Source of the DNA: an uncultured beta proteobacterium
Lineage (GTDB): Bacteria; Pseudomonadota; Gammaproteobacteria; Burkholderiales; Gallionellaceae
Assembly (NCBI GenBank): GCA_963849875.1
Contig: CAWKIN010000006.1
Coordinates: forward strand, 57,003-121,002
Direction of reading: 5' to 3'
Length of the DNA: 64,000 nt
How positions within the stretch are numbered: position 1 is the stretch's first letter; every line of letters begins with the position of its first letter. Shown here one piece after another: positions 20,402-28,983 of the stretch. The translations under genes were made by a program, and so were the position numbers. The notes beneath the pieces are model-generated. The model worked only from the letters and a program-made list of their open reading frames with translations, did no database searches and was not told the DNA's origin.

Positions 20402-20451
20402 GGTCTATATATTTTGCTTGTGGAAAGAGGATGGCTTGGCTGTTAGATTGC
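20402..20451 (+). repeat. Island motif A, copy 2
   Basis: GGTCTATATATTTTGCTTGTGGAAAGAGGATGGCTTGGCTGTTAGATTGC. Confidence 0.85.
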
Positions 20452-20532
20452 TCGCGCGCGTATGGGCGACAAAGCAAGTGAAAATGTATTGCGAACCAGG
20501 CCACTTTACTTTCGAGAATCGCCAGACAATAG

Positions 20533-20557
20533 ATGTCGTAATGCAAGACGTGACCCC
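20533..20557 (+). repeat. Island motif C (ATGTCGTAATGCAAGACSTGACCCC), copy 1
   Basis: 24/25 identical to 24122-24146. Confidence 0.8.
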
Positions 20558-20682
20558 GAAGAAATCAGGGTATCGCGTTGATTGCAAGGCAGCACAAAGG
20601 ATCGGGATGGATCATCCGTACCGGCAAGTAACAAGTCATCAGTTCGGCTGTTATCTCTAACCAACCCAAAGGAGTGAGGCAT

Positions 20683-21087
20683 ATGAAAAACAGGACTGTG
20701 TTTTCCGTGAATCAAATGAATTGGCTCGCGCCGGTTGCAGGAGCGTTCTTATTATTCATGACAACGGGTGTCTCGGCAGAACCAGTGGGCAAGCCCTGCG
20801 CGGCAGATGCGGAAAGGCTGTGCAAAGGTGTACAACCGGGAGAGGGTCGTGTGGCGCGATGCATGAAGGAGCACGAGAAAGAGTTGTCGCCCGGCTGCAA
20901 GGAGAACATCGTAAAGCTGAAAGAAAAGATCAGGGATGTTGCCGAGGCGTGCAAGGATGATGCGGCCAGGCTGTGCAAGGACACCAAACCCGGACAAGGC
21001 AGAGTCCTGCGATGCCTCAAACAGCAAGAAGATAAATTGTCTCCTGCCTGCAAAGAACAGCTGACACCACAGCGCGCTAGACGTTGA
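20683..21087 (+). CDS. Exported cysteine-rich repeat protein (two C..D..RLC....PG.GRV.RC....E..LSP.C repeats; GLG1-like)
   Basis: Signal peptide; tandem Cys repeat visible in the translation; GGAG/GAGG RBS. Confidence 0.85.
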   Translation: MKNRTVFSVNQMNWLAPVAGAFLLFMTTGVSAEPVGKPCAADAERLCKGVQPGEGRVARCMKEHEKELSPGCKENIVKLKEKIRDVAEACKDDAARLCKDTKPGQGRVLRCLKQQEDKLSPACKEQLTPQRARR

Positions 21088-21164
21088 TCAAAATGATTTG
21101 AAGGAACTGCCAGAGTTCGATTTATCAGCCCCTGCCGGTCCACTCTCGGCTACGCAAAGCAAGG

Positions 21165-21216
21165 GGTCTATATATTTTGGCTTGTGGTTAGTAGACGATT
21201 TTGCTGTTAGATTGCG
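21165..21216 (+). repeat. Island motif A, copy 3 (end of ~190-bp direct repeat 21027-21216)
   Basis: GGTCTATATATTTTGGCTTGTGG...TTTGCTGTTAGATTGCG. Confidence 0.85.
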
Positions 21217-21360
21217 GCGGCGGAAATGGGGCAGTAAAGCGGACGATGTTGGGTGAGGAAGTATTGCGAACCCGCCCCCTTTAACTTCCCTAATTTCGGA
21301 AAAGGAATGCCTAGGTCGGTGGTGTTTCAGGGAGTTATCGAAAATCAACAAAAGGGGGAA

Positions 21361-23190
21361 ATGATGAAACTAAAGCACATCATGGTACTTTGGCTTGCCT
21401 TTGTTTTAGTGAGCCTGGCGAATCCTGCCAGAGCGTATATATGCGATAACGCGCAGTTCTTCGAGCAATGCCCGACTACTGATCCGGAATTCTCGAGGTT
21501 CATCGCCGATTTCAAGATCCGCAAAAATGGTGTGCTGATCAACCCGGCTACACTGACTTGTAACGCGCCAGTCTCTGCGATTCCGATAGCCCAATGGACA
21601 GATGAACTGGTGCTGTTGCAATCTCTCCGAGCCATTTACTACATGGACCTGGGGATGAGCGGCCACCTGCCATGGACGCCCGGCACGCTGTATGACTGGC
21701 TGAAAGCAGGCATAGGCGGCATTGACATAACTTCTGCCACTTCAGTCGATCAGTATGTTGGACCAACATATGCCGGCCAGGGAGATTCAGCGAATTATTT
21801 TCTGATGCGTCCTAAGGACGACTATGCCCGCACGTATCAGAAGAAGTGGGCGGGCATTGCGCTGCTGGTCTCGCTCATCGCGCATGAGCGGCGGCATGGC
21901 GATGGCATTGCTTTCAACCATCTGCGGTGCTGCCCGGCGCAGAACCCAGCAAACCCGAATAATTCCTGCGATCAGACCTATGAAGAGACGGTCAATCTTT
22001 CCCCCATGGGCATCCAGTACTGGCTGGAAAAGAACTGGATCAGCGGCTACATCAATGCCGGCGTGGGATGCATGTCGCCGACGGACCAGGCTGACGCCAT
22101 CTACTTGATGCGTATGGACGCCAACGGACGTGTGAACCCTGTGTCCAGCAGCTTCTGCACCAATACGCCGCCGGTACTGAACGCTACCAACAACCCACCG
22201 GGAGCTTGTAACTGCACGGGTATCAGCGGCAGCTCGACCGGTGAACCGCACATCACAACCCTGGATGGCCTGTACTACGATTTCCAGGCAGCGGGCGACT
22301 TCCTGCTGACGACGAGTGGACCCTCATTCATCGTGCAAGTGCGGCAGCAGTGGACGCCGAACCGGCCCAACGTCGCGTTCAACAAGGCCGTTGCAATGCA
22401 AATGGGCAAAACCCGCGTGGCCGTGTTCCTCGATCCAGCCCGGCTGGTTGTGGACGGGAGCCAGGTTGCGCTGGCTGACGGCAAAACGCTCTCGCTGCCT
22501 GACAACGTCGAGGTCACACGCAACGCCAATGTTTACCTGATCAAGCACGGCAGCGGAGAAACCGTGCGCGTTGTTGTGGTGGATGGTGTCTGGGTAAACA
22601 TCCTCGGCGGAAACTTCCTGGATGTCGCAGTCTCCCTGAACTATACCGCCTACGGCGGAATGCGCGGCCTCCTCGGCAACGGTAATGGCGACGTGCAAGA
22701 CGACATCGCCACCCGCGACGGCAAAGTGCTGGCGCAGCCGGTATCGTTCGAAGACTTCTATCACCGCTACGGCGCAAGCATGAACATTCAGCCTGAGGAA
22801 TCACTGTTCGGAGAAGAACGCAAAGTTGAGCCGGGCGTCGTGGTCAAAAACGTGTTTGAGGCCCCGAAGAAACCATACACGGTGAAGAACCTGACTCCCA
22901 AGGAGTACAAGCCCGCGCGCACCGCCTGCATCAAGGTGGGCGTCAAGGCCGAACCCCTGCTCGATGCCTGCACGCTCGACGTTGCCGTGCTGCGCAGCCC
23001 GGCGGTAGCAAAGCTATACACCGGAGCCACTACCCCTGCCTCCGTCATGGCTCCTGGTGCTGGCATACGCATCATGCCTAGTGCCACATGCAGAACCAGT
23101 TGCAACGAAAAGCACATTCCAGACATATTGCACCACCATGCCAACCATTCAGAGCGCAAATGCGAGGATCGCGACGATGACAGAAGATAA
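21361..23190 (+). CDS. Secreted protein: HExxH zincin-like region plus von Willebrand factor type D domain
   Basis: Signal peptide; IAHERRH; GEPHITTLDGLYYDFQAAGDF and RGLLGNGNGD..DD (VWD); LDACTLDV C-terminal motif. Confidence 0.8.
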   Translation: MMKLKHIMVLWLAFVLVSLANPARAYICDNAQFFEQCPTTDPEFSRFIADFKIRKNGVLINPATLTCNAPVSAIPIAQWTDELVLLQSLRAIYYMDLGMSGHLPWTPGTLYDWLKAGIGGIDITSATSVDQYVGPTYAGQGDSANYFLMRPKDDYARTYQKKWAGIALLVSLIAHERRHGDGIAFNHLRCCPAQNPANPNNSCDQTYEETVNLSPMGIQYWLEKNWISGYINAGVGCMSPTDQADAIYLMRMDANGRVNPVSSSFCTNTPPVLNATNNPPGACNCTGISGSSTGEPHITTLDGLYYDFQAAGDFLLTTSGPSFIVQVRQQWTPNRPNVAFNKAVAMQMGKTRVAVFLDPARLVVDGSQVALADGKTLSLPDNVEVTRNANVYLIKHGSGETVRVVVVDGVWVNILGGNFLDVAVSLNYTAYGGMRGLLGNGNGDVQDDIATRDGKVLAQPVSFEDFYHRYGASMNIQPEESLFGEERKVEPGVVVKNVFEAPKKPYTVKNLTPKEYKPARTACIKVGVKAEPLLDACTLDVAVLRSPAVAKLYTGATTPASVMAPGAGIRIMPSATCRTSCNEKHIPDILHHHANHSERKCEDRDDDRR

Positions 23191-23318
23191 TTCGCTGCTG
23201 CCTGCAAAGAACAGTTGACGGCACAGCGCGATAGACGTTGATCAAAATGATTTGAAGGAACTGGCAGAGTTCGATTTGTCAGCCCCTGCCGGTCCGCTCT
23301 CGGCTACGCAAAACAAGA

Positions 23319-23370
23319 GGTCTATATATTCTTGCTTGTGAAAAGTGGATGTCTTTGCTGCTAGATTGCG
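23319..23370 (+). repeat. Island motif A, copy 4 (end of ~190-bp direct repeat 23182-23370)
   Basis: GGTCTATATATTCTTGCTTGTGAAAAGTGGATGTCTTTGCTGCTAGATTGCG. Confidence 0.85.
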
Positions 23371-23452
23371 CAGAAAATACGCGCTGAAACTCTTTTTCAG
23401 CGCATTCAAAAACTCCGCTTGTTATTACCTATTGCTTTAGAGACAATACACA

Positions 23453-23728
23453 ATGAAAGCCCTGTGCATCTTTTCAAAGAAAAAACCATTTGCGGGCGGA
23501 ATGATTGAAATGGTGATTTGGCAATTACCCACGGCAACAGCGGAACGTACACATGGCTTGAAGTATCGGCTGGCCTACGTTGTCGATGGCGTAAGAGTGG
23601 TCGGTTACGACAACGAAAAAGGCAAAGGCGACCACAAGCATTTACGAGGAATTGAAGAGTCTTATCAATTCGTCAGCGTGGATCAGATGATCGCTGATTT
23701 TTTAGCGGATGTTAGGAGTGCGAAATGA
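23453..23728 (+). CDS. DUF6516/TumE-like toxin
   Basis: EMVIWQLP....HGLKYRL.Y....VVGYDNE.GKGDH.H. Confidence 0.8.
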   Translation: MKALCIFSKKKPFAGGMIEMVIWQLPTATAERTHGLKYRLAYVVDGVRVVGYDNEKGKGDHKHLRGIEESYQFVSVDQMIADFLADVRSAK

Positions 23729-24096
23729 GCAAAAAAACTTTGCATGTGGCAGTCACCAGTTTGGAAGAAGATTTGGCGCAATTTTCCCAAGCGTGGCACG
23801 CTGTCGAGGCAGGCAAGCGGGTTAAGTCCTATGCGGGAATCGGCTTTGAAAGTGCCGTGCAATTGTTGTCCGCGCTCACGCCGCAACGCTGCGCCCTGAT
23901 ACACTCGCTAAAGGAGTGTGGCGCATGCTCCATTTACGCGCTGGCAAAACATCTTTCGCGCAACTACAGTAACGTGCATAGCGATGTCACCAAACTGCTG
24001 GAATTAGGCATCGCCGAAAAAGACGCATCCGGCAAAGTCTTCGTACCGTGGGATGAGATTGATGTGCAGTTCCCGCTGCAAAAGTTGGCGGCATAA
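23725..24096 (+). CDS. HTH antitoxin (TumA-like)
   Basis: LTPQR..L...L....SIYALAK.L.R.Y.NVH.DV..L.ELG; ATGA overlap with the toxin. Confidence 0.8.
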   Translation: MSKKTLHVAVTSLEEDLAQFSQAWHAVEAGKRVKSYAGIGFESAVQLLSALTPQRCALIHSLKECGACSIYALAKHLSRNYSNVHSDVTKLLELGIAEKDASGKVFVPWDEIDVQFPLQKLAA

Positions 24097-24121
24097 CAAA
24101 CAAGGTAAACAGGCAAAATAA

Positions 24122-24163
24122 ATGTCGTAATGCAAGACCTGACCCCAAAGTTTGACCCCGAAG
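24122..24163 (+). repeat. Island motif C, copy 2, with a stuttered end (TGACCCCAAAG-TT-TGACCCCGAAG)
   Basis: ATGTCGTAATGCAAGACCTGACCCC followed by a short tandem duplication of its end. Confidence 0.8.
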
Positions 24164-24255
24164 TTACTTGTTACTTGGATGGGGTTAAATAGCAACAGCA
24201 AGATGGAGGTTTTTTCTGGCGAGGAGTGAGTTTTGATGAATATCGCTTTTATTTA

Positions 24256-24342
24256 AATCAATATGTTGAAACTTTCTTCCCAGATTAGGCGGTATTTCGC
24301 GCCAGATTATCCGACATTTTTGTCGCCTACTATACGTTGGGC
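24256..24342 (+). other. Putative integron attI-like site (no adjacent intI)
   Basis: IHF consensus AATCAATATGTTG (24256-24268), palindrome CGACA-TTTT-TGTCG (24312-24325), then core GTTGGGC (24336-24342), which is complementary to the GCCCAAC closing cassette 1. Confidence 0.6.
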
Positions 24343-24345
24343 GTT

Positions 24346-25239
24346 ATGACTCTACTTGCTGACCTTATCCATCTGCTCGAAGCGATACCAGCCTCCTTTT
24401 GGGGAATTGTCTTTGGTTCGCTGTTGTCTTTCGGAGGGGTTGCCCTCGCAAACACTGCCAGTGACCGACGTCTTCGCGCTCAATTTGAGCACGAGCGCAT
24501 TCAGAAGACAAAAGAACGAGAGATGGTGCTCCGGAAAGAGGTGTTCTTAGCAGCCGCAGAAGCGGTGGCCGCTGGAATGAACGCGGTAAGCCGGTTCGGA
24601 AATCTAGACTTACCGAATGATCAAATTACTGGCGACTTCATTGAAAAGTCACCGGCAATCGCAAAGGTCCATGTCATCGCTAAAGCCGAAACAATCCAAT
24701 CAGTGGTGAGCTTCACAGGCGAACTTGGAGCACTATTCCTAACACTCTTTGCCAAACGCTTTGAACTAATGGACGAGAAGAGCGCCATCGCTCTCATTGA
24801 CAGTCAAGTTGCAGTCTTTGGGAAAGAGCGCGACCGAGTTTTGGAAATGATTAAGCAACACAATATCGAGGGAATCGTAGATGATCGCCGTTGGAACGTG
24901 CTCCAAGGGAATTTCGAGTTTGAACAGAGGCGCATCAATGAAGCGTTAGCTCGCCGCGCCAAGGTGGTTGGCTCACTGCAGCCAAAGCATCTTGAGTTTA
25001 TGCGCGAGTGTGTCCACCACACAGCGGAACTTAGCAGGCTTCTCGTTCCAGTTCTGTCTGCAGTACGTGCCGAACTTGAATTACCGTTTGACGGACAAAA
25101 CTATCACGAACTCATCAATGACAGCATCGCCAGACAGCAACAGGCTGTTGATGAATTCGTAAATAAGTTTATGCCCGCTGCCGCCCAACCCATCGTTCAA
25201 GCGGGACTCGCCCAGAAGCGGGCGAGCCCCTCAACTTAA
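24346..25239 (+). CDS. Integron cassette 1: hypothetical protein, N-terminal TM plus coiled coil
   Basis: ATG 3 nt after GTTGGGC; the ORF runs through attC. Confidence 0.75.
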   Translation: MTLLADLIHLLEAIPASFWGIVFGSLLSFGGVALANTASDRRLRAQFEHERIQKTKEREMVLRKEVFLAAAEAVAAGMNAVSRFGNLDLPNDQITGDFIEKSPAIAKVHVIAKAETIQSVVSFTGELGALFLTLFAKRFELMDEKSAIALIDSQVAVFGKERDRVLEMIKQHNIEGIVDDRRWNVLQGNFEFEQRRINEALARRAKVVGSLQPKHLEFMRECVHHTAELSRLLVPVLSAVRAELELPFDGQNYHELINDSIARQQQAVDEFVNKFMPAAAQPIVQAGLAQKRASPST

Positions 25240-25247
25240 CGTTAGAT
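25183..25247 (+). other. Integron attC site (65 bp)
   Basis: R'' GCCCAAC, L'' GTTCAAGC, central stem CTCGCCC/GGGCGAG, L' CCTCAAC, R' GTTAGAT. Confidence 0.85.
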
Positions 25248-25257
25248 CTAAATTACT

Positions 25258-26241
25258 ATGGACATCAAAGATCTTGTTGGCTTGAGCGAACCTTTAACGC
25301 GACTGATTGAAGTAATTTCGGCGGGGTGTGGTGCTATCTCAAAACCATATTTCATTAAGAAAACCGCTGAAGCCAAAGCCTATGAGGTCAAAGTCATAGC
25401 TGAAGCAATGGCTGGAAGCAGGAAGCTTCTGACCAACAGTGAATACGATGATGGCAAAATAAAAGTATTCTCACCAGTTGCACAGCCTGACGATTTACCA
25501 GCTCTGCCTAATCGTGTAACGGCGCGTATTCAGTATCAAGAGCTGCAAAAACAACAGAACGTTGAATCAGTTTGCTCTAGTGCTGCCGAGGAACTTGCCA
25601 AAGAAACCTCAGTACCGGATTCAAAACCAGAGCCCGAATGGGTTTCACGTTTTATGGAAATTTCCTCAGGGATTTCTACCGAAGAAATTCAGCACCTTTG
25701 GGGACGAATTCTTGCCGGAGAAATAAAACAACCGGGTGCATTTTCGCTACGAACACTTGATGTGCTCCGCAACCTTTCGAAAAATGAAGTAGAAAGCTTC
25801 GTTAAGCTCGCCAATTACGTCATTCGTTCAGGCGATAAGGTTTGTTATCTTGATCCTGACGCGTTCATTTATACAAAAGAAGGTGGCATTTCCTTTCACG
25901 ATATTCTCACGCTAAAAGATGCTGGCTTGATTTTTGAAGCAGACCTTTCCCTACAATTTCCCCCTCAAACTGCCGCTCAAACGATGAGTTTTATCTATGG
26001 CCCACTTATTCTGATTTTTGAAAGAGACAAGGACACTCCGCAGCTAGCTAGTAATGTCGGTGTGCTCACTAAGGTTGGCGTGGAGTTACTTCAATTGGTG
26101 ACCGTCCAACCCGACATGGACTATGTAAAATTTGTTGGCCAACGCTTTCGCGCGGACGGAATGAAATTCGCATGGGCAACCATTAGTGGAATTATCAAAG
26201 ACCAAATTCACTTTGACAATAAAACATACGTTGAGCTATGA
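25258..26241 (+). CDS. Integron cassette 2: DUF2806/TIGR03899-like protein
   Basis: QQNVESV...A, W..RF......IS.EE.Q.LWGRILAGEIKQPG.FSLRTL..L.NLS; AT-rich; starts 10 nt after attC. Confidence 0.8.
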   Translation: MDIKDLVGLSEPLTRLIEVISAGCGAISKPYFIKKTAEAKAYEVKVIAEAMAGSRKLLTNSEYDDGKIKVFSPVAQPDDLPALPNRVTARIQYQELQKQQNVESVCSSAAEELAKETSVPDSKPEPEWVSRFMEISSGISTEEIQHLWGRILAGEIKQPGAFSLRTLDVLRNLSKNEVESFVKLANYVIRSGDKVCYLDPDAFIYTKEGGISFHDILTLKDAGLIFEADLSLQFPPQTAAQTMSFIYGPLILIFERDKDTPQLASNVGVLTKVGVELLQLVTVQPDMDYVKFVGQRFRADGMKFAWATISGIIKDQIHFDNKTYVEL

Positions 26242-26304
26242 ACTGCCGAACCCGGCAGTCCCTCGCTTTTACTTTAAGTCAGGACAAACTTGACCGCCCA
26301 GTGC

Positions 26305-26346
26305 CCAGATTCATCTCTTCGGGTGCACCCGAAGAGATGAATCTGG
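26305..26346. repeat. Perfect 42-bp palindrome at the right border of the island
   Basis: CCAGATTCATCTCTTCGGGTG|CACCCGAAGAGATGAATCTGG. Confidence 0.9.
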
Positions 26347-26468
26347 TTAATATGAATCGAGCGTATTTCTCTTTCAGCCTCGCTCCCATCTTGGCATAAT
26401 CCGCCCCTCGTAAAAATCACCCATAGTCCTCTCAGTGCAGAGGGTTATTCAACTTAGTCCATCGAACC

Positions 26469-28808
26469 ATGCTGCCATCCATAGAACAACGCCTCGCGGT
26501 AGAAGTCGCCGCCAAACCCGCACAGATCGCTGCGGCCATAGAACTGCTCGACGAGGGCGCGACCGTGCCGTTCATCTCGCGCTACCGCAAGGAGGCGACC
26601 GGCGGTCTGGACGACATCCAGTTGCGCCTGCTGGAAGAGCGTCTGCGCTATATGCGCGAACTGGAAGACCGTCGCGCCAGCATCATCGCGAGCATCACCG
26701 AACAGAACAAGATGACCCCGACCTTGCTCGATGCCATCGCGCATGCAACCGACAAGACGCATCTGGAAGACTTGTATCTGCCTTACAAATTGAAGCGCCG
26801 CACCAAGGCACAGATCGCTCTGGAAGCAGGACTCGCACCGTTGGCGGAATCGCTGATGGCCGACCCGAGCTTGTCGCCAGAAGTCGAAGCGGCGAAATAT
26901 CTGCGCCCGCCTTTCACGACCGATAACGGCGACAACGCCGGTGTTGCCGACAACAAGGCCGCGCTGGATGGCGCGCGACAAATTTTGCTGGAACGCTTCT
27001 CCGAAGATGCCACGCTGCTGCAGAGCTTGCGCGAATATCTGCTGGAGCACGGCGTGGTGGAGTCCAAGGTCATCGAGGGCAAGAACGAGGCGGCGGCGAA
27101 ATACGCCGACTATTTCGACTACTCCGAATCGCTCAGCACCATCCCTTCGCATCGCACGCTGGCGATATTGCGCGGCCGTCGCGAGGAGCTGCTGTCACGT
27201 GCTGTTGCGTCTGGATAGCGAGGCCGAGAAGCCGACATGGAACGCGCCGCACAACCCCTGCGAGATGCGCATCGCCAATCATTTCGGCATCAAGCAACTG
27301 GGTCGCCCTGCCGATAGCCTGGCTGGCTCGGACACTGTGCGCTGGACCTGGCGCGTGAAGAGCTTTCCTTGCATCTGGAATCCGAACTGATGGGCGCGTT
27401 GCGCACACGCGCCGAGACCGAGGCGATCAACGTGTTCGCGCGCAACCTGAAAGACCTGCTGCTCGCCGCCCCCGCCGGCCCGCGCGCGACGATGGGACTC
27501 GATCCCGGTATACGCACCGGCGTGAAGGTGGCGGTGGTGGACGAGACCGGCAAGGTGGTGGACACCGCCGTGATCTATCCGCACCAGCCGCGCAACGATT
27601 GGGACGGCTCGCTGCACACGCTGGCCAAGCTGGCCGAGAAACATAGAGTCGCGGTGATCTCGATCGGCAACGGCACGGCCTCGCGCGAGACCGACAAGCT
27701 GGCGCACGACCTGATCAAGCTGCGTCCCGAACTGAAACTCACCAGCGTGGTGGTCTCCGAAGCGGGCGCATCGGTGTATTCGGCATCGGAATTCGCCTCG
27801 AAAGAATTGCCCGACATGGATGTGAGCTTGCGCGGTGCGGTGTCCATCGCGCGCCGCCTGCAGGACCCGCTGGCCGAACTGGTGAAGATTGATCCCAAGT
27901 CGATTGGTGTGGGCCAATACCAGCACGACGTGAGCCAGACGCAGTTGGCGCGCTCGCTGGATGCGGTCGTCGAGGATTGCGTGAACGCGGTCGGCGTGGA
28001 TGTGAACACCGCTTCCGCGCCTTTGCTGGCGCGCGTCTCGGGCTTGAGCAGCACCGTGGCGGCGGGCATCGTCAGCTATCGCGACAGTAAGGGCAAGTTC
28101 GCCAGCCGTGAGCAATTGCGCAACGTGCCGCGCCTGGGTGACAAGACGTTTGAACAGGCGGCCGGATTTTTGCGCATCATGGGCGGCGACGATCCGCTCG
28201 ACGGCTCGACCGTGCATCCCGAATCCTATCCGCTGGTGCAGCGCATCCTGGCAGACATCAAGCAAGATATTAAAACCGTCATCGGCAATAGCAGCCTGCT
28301 CAAATCGCTGAACCCAGCCAAGTACAGCGACGAAAAGTTCGGCATCCCGACCATCACCGACATCCTCAAAGAACTGGAAAAACCGGGCCGCGACCCGCGT
28401 CCGGAATTCACTACCGCCACCTTCCGTGAAGGCGTGGAGGAGATATCCGACCTCAAGCCCGACATGATCCTGGAGGGCGTGGTGACCAACGTCGCCGCGT
28501 TCGGTGCGTTCGTCGACATCGGCGTACATCAGGACGGGCTGGTACATATCTCCGCGCTCTCCAACACCTTTGTCAAAGACCCGCACAGCGTGGTCAAGGC
28601 CGGACAGATCGTCAAAGTTAAGGTGCTGGAAGTGGATGCCAAACGCAAGCGCATCGCGCTGACCATGCGTCTTACCGACACCGCCGCTGACAGCCGCCGC
28701 GATGCGCCGCGCGAGATGCGTAGTCAGGCTAAGATGCCCACACGCAGCGCACCGCAACCCGCCGTGAATAGTGCGATGGCGAGCGCGTTTGCCAAGTTAA
28801 AAGGGTAA
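26469..28808 (+). CDS. tex: Tex-family transcriptional accessory protein (several frameshifts at 27190-27375)
   Basis: [46 protein letters not shown]-terminal S1 domain; spread over three ORF fragments. Confidence 0.9.
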
Positions 28809-28821
28809 GTTGAGCGAGCCG

Positions 28822-28920
28822 TCCCTTCCCCATTCAAGGGGGAAGGTTAGGATGGGGGTGTAGTCATGACGAGGCAAAGTCTACCCCCTCCCTAGCCCTC
28901 CCCCTGCAAGGAGGAGGGGA
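28822..28920. repeat. Intergenic copy of the CCTTCCCC..AAGGGGGAAGG palindromic MITE
   Basis: Both arms align with 2672-2774. Confidence 0.8.
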
Positions 28921-28983
28921 TGTTTACAGCAATGAACTATGTGTAGTTATGACAACACAATCACGCAAACCAAGGGAACAAAC

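Noticed and set aside
19141-23370. Motif A copies as CRISPR repeats or attC sites (copies 2 and 3 contain GTTAGAT)
   Set aside because: Spacing is 0.76-2.15 kb with whole genes between, and no cas genes are present. There is no matching RYYYAAC or attC fold, and copies 1 and 4 read GCTAGAT
24091-24115. GCATAAC at the antitoxin stop as the start of an attC
   Set aside because: No complementary right half follows; motif C comes next. At best a truncated relic
24004-24201. Minus-strand ORF as an intI remnant
   Set aside because: No tyrosine recombinase motifs; it is a translation of motif C and the antisense of the antitoxin
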